IMG/VR virus record: IMGVR_UViG_3300026522_000958
Length of the DNA stretch: 60,244 nt
Source: an uncultured virus (IMG/VR IMGVR_UViG_3300026522_000958)
Lineage: Duplodnaviria; Heunggongvirae; Uroviricota; Caudoviricetes
Strand: one strand, 5' to 3'
The notes beneath the pieces were generated by a model. The model did not search any database, had not been told where the DNA came from, and was given only the letters and a program-made list of their open reading frames with translations. Below, piece after piece: positions 57,910 through 60,244 of this stretch. The position numbers and the translations under genes are program-made. Numbering within the stretch: position 1 is the stretch's first letter; each line of letters opens with the position of its first letter.

Positions 57910-59979
57910 TTACTGCCCTGCCATACTGATCACTTCCTGTAAAGACATCTTTTCGGCATTATTCCCTTCAGCTTTGCGCACCGGCATCTTTTCGATCTTT
58001 GTCCGTTTTACCTTCTCGGATTTTTTATACTTTTCCTCATAGTATCCGCTGTTGCGTGAAAACGGATTGTCTTCGCCTGCCAGAGACACCGGAAGAAAAT
58101 CATCTCTGCCGTAGAAGATATTGTGTTCTGCGTCAAACAGAAGCTGGACTTTCCTGCTCGGTGCTTCAAAGCGGTTCTTTAAATTCTTCAGCATCATGTT
58201 TCTCTGAGGGAGACCCATAAGGCGTTCAACTTCATTCTGTCCGTTCTTATCAGATGGAGATATATACCCCTGCATGACCTCATACAGATCAAGGGCCATC
58301 ATGCAGTCTGCCGAGTACTCGAGGTTCGAGCTGTCGCGTCCCGAGTTCATCGTTATCGTGCCGTCCCTCATGGAATCCCTCGATACAGCCGAGATGGCAA
58401 ATGCTGTCGAATTATACCGCACGGCATAGTTTTTAAGCATCATCATGGTCTTCTTGATGGTCTCTTTCTGGTCTCCTGCTCCGTTATCTGTTACGAGATG
58501 CAGGTAGTCGAGAAATACAGCAGGAGCTTCTGCCTCACTCTTTAAGGCATTCTTCCCTTTCTCTTCGAGATATGCCGTAAGCGATGAAACATCAGCACTG
58601 ATGGTGTCAGGCTTATAATCCATGTATGGAAGTATATTCTGCCTGTACTTTTCTGCAGCTTCCATCACAGTCTTTTCCTGACCTTCATCCCAGTCATACC
58701 CCTGGAGGACTGAGAGTGATGTCATCGGTGTCTGCATTCCTGAAGTAAGCCTTGAGATACCCTTTGCATACATCTGGTCCCTTGACATCTCGAGATTTAA
58801 GTAAATGACAGGATGTCCGTTTTCTGCTATCCCTTCTGCTATCTGTTGCATGAGAGTCGTTTTCCCTGCTCCCGGGGCGGCAAGGATAAGATACACGTTC
58901 TGTTTCATCGGTCCTCCCGACAGGAGCCTGTCGAAGAAGGATATTCCTGTCGGAATAGGCCTGTAGCTTTCTGTCTTTATTGCTGAAAGAAAGCGGTCAA
59001 ATCCTTTTTTGTCTTCAGAGCATACCGGTGTACCATCATCACCCCCGGGCACCATTTTGGCCTCTGTCCCGCCTTGTTTTGTGTGAGCCTGTGGAGAATT
59101 GTCTGCCGGAGCTGGTATACCTCTGTCATCAGTCTTGTTTTGTGATGCAAAAAGTGTCCTTAAATATGCCCGAGCCTTTTGTTCTCCTTCGGTCTCGATA
59201 AGGTCAGTAATGTCAGCCTTCTCAGGAGCATCCGTCCAGACCGAGAACAGGTTAAGGAGCGTAACATTGCACACGTCCTTTATGGCATCATATTCAGTCT
59301 GTGCAAAAACACGGCCCACCCTGTCATTGTCATAAAGGATATACACTTTCTTTCCTGCAAGTTGCTTCGTATAGGCATCAAACCATTTATTTCCTGCAAT
59401 CCCTTTCGTGGCTCCGTTTTCGGTACACACGGCCGTTTTTCCTGTTAAGGCATGGAAGCTGTCGCAATCTTTTTCGCCTTCAAAGATAAAGACTTCAGCC
59501 GTGCCGATGGGGCCTGCAGAATAAAGCCTGTGGGGGCATTCTCCACGCCCGAGTCTGTATCCGCTCCTTGCAGTGTCATCCCCGTGAAGCCATCTGAATG
59601 TTCTTTTGCCGTCCCTGTCCGTAAACCTCGCTTTACAGAGCCTGTCATCATAGCTTTCGTAACAGTAGTCATATAAAGCTCTGTATGTAAGGCCGTTTGA
59701 GTCTGCATACCAATGCAGGAACTCGTCCCTCTTCTCTTCATGTGTCTTCAGGCTGTCTTTCCCTGACATAAGATCCTCCTTCGTTATCCCCAGTGCAGAA
59801 CATATGTCCTGTGTGCTGCATCCGCAGAAGCACTTGACCGCGATACTGCCGTCGTCCATAGCGCGGACGCTCAGGCTCCTGTTCTTTTTATCATCATGCG
59901 CAGGGCAGAAAGCGGTATAACCGTTTCTCCCCGATCTTTTTACTCCTTTAAGTCCTGAAAGCAGTTCGTTTATCGTCAT
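57910..59979 (-). CDS. primase-helicase (Zn finger, TOPRIM, DnaB-like SF4 helicase)
   Basis: CPAHDD..CFCGC, FEGEKD, YDNDRVG, KADITD; AAPGAGKT, NLEMS, LDYLH, KNRF. Confidence 0.9.
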   Translation of the reverse strand: MTINELLSGLKGVKRSGRNGYTAFCPAHDDKKNRSLSVRAMDDGSIAVKCFCGCSTQDICSALGITKEDLMSGKDSLKTHEEKRDEFLHWYADSNGLTYRALYDYCYESYDDRLCKARFTDRDGKRTFRWLHGDDTARSGYRLGRGECPHRLYSAGPIGTAEVFIFEGEKDCDSFHALTGKTAVCTENGATKGIAGNKWFDAYTKQLAGKKVYILYDNDRVGRVFAQTEYDAIKDVCNVTLLNLFSVWTDAPEKADITDLIETEGEQKARAYLRTLFASQNKTDDRGIPAPADNSPQAHTKQGGTEAKMVPGGDDGTPVCSEDKKGFDRFLSAIKTESYRPIPTGISFFDRLLSGGPMKQNVYLILAAPGAGKTTLMQQIAEGIAENGHPVIYLNLEMSRDQMYAKGISRLTSGMQTPMTSLSVLQGYDWDEGQEKTVMEAAEKYRQNILPYMDYKPDTISADVSSLTAYLEEKGKNALKSEAEAPAVFLDYLHLVTDNGAGDQKETIKKTMMMLKNYAVRYNSTAFAISAVSRDSMRDGTITMNSGRDSSNLEYSADCMMALDLYEVMQGYISPSDKNGQNEVERLMGLPQRNMMLKNLKNRFEAPSRKVQLLFDAEHNIFYGRDDFLPVSLAGEDNPFSRNSGYYEEKYKKSEKVKRTKIEKMPVRKAEGNNAEKMSLQEVISMAGQ

Positions 59980-60244
59980 AAATATTTAGCGGGGAAACCC
60001 ACAGGCTTGTCTGTGGGAGAAACCGCCTTTCACCTACCTTTCTTTGTTCTATAAGATAACTACTACGCATTTTGAGCAACTTCAGGTTCTTGTATCCTAC
60101 AGATGCGTTAATATGCGTTCCGTCTAAAAGCCTCAAATCCATACGCCCTGTAGAACGTCTGCCGAAGATAAAGCATTTCTGTCCTTTCCACTGTACCTTA
60201 TCGTACAGCCTGAAACCTTTAACTTCATATGGTGCCTGATTACG
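59948..60244 (-). CDS. iscB: IscB C-terminal part (5' part outside window)
   Basis: RNQAPYEVKGFRLYDKVQWKGQKCFIFGRRSTGRMDLRLLDG; frame open to window edge. Confidence 0.85.
   Translation of the reverse strand, partial: RNQAPYEVKGFRLYDKVQWKGQKCFIFGRRSTGRMDLRLLDGTHINASVGYKNLKLLKMRSSYLIEQRKVGERRFLPQTSLWVSPLNIYDDKRTAFRT
59980..60244 (-). mobile_element. IscB-encoding IS200/IS605 element, 3' end
   Basis: End hairpin CCCACAGACAAGCCTGTGGG, tail, then ATGA = start of primase-helicase. Confidence 0.88.

Noticed and set aside
1..60244. CRISPR array, tRNA or rRNA genes
   Set aside because: No regularly interspaced repeat-spacer array or recognisable tRNA/rRNA seen; the 1523-1667 repeats are too degenerate and few

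Overview
The window looks like a segment of a large conjugative Firmicutes (probably Clostridia/Lachnospiraceae-type, inferred) megaplasmid-like element. Nearly all genes are on the minus strand. It contains: (i) a Gram-positive T4SS cluster (VirD4, VirB2-like, VirB6-like, PrgI, VirB4, NlpC/P60 wall hydrolase); (ii) a phage-like replication/recombination set (DnaE, two primase-type proteins, DnaQ-like exonuclease, Sak/Rad52-like annealase, tandem-OB SSB, SMC/Rad50-like ATPase, SpoVG); (iii) nucleotide metabolism genes (NrdD, HAD nucleotidase-guanylate kinase fusion); (iv) a MoxR-type AAA+/vWA pair and a sigma-70-family factor; (v) many IS200/IS605 derivatives (tnpA+tnpB at the left edge, iscB at the right edge, and protein-less mini-elements that keep IscB-type or TnpB-type omega RNAs). 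The strongest unexplained signal is a window-wide regulatory grammar. An orientation-dependent box TCT(C/G)CCA(A/T)ATCT precedes nearly every transcription unit (~27 copies). About 30 TTTTCATATATGAAAA palindromes also occur, either at a fixed 30-31 bp offset upstream of degenerate boxes or downstream of/overlapping consensus boxes. This suggests an element-private sigma factor regulon with an activator/repressor switch. All product calls come from visual motif recognition, not database searches.
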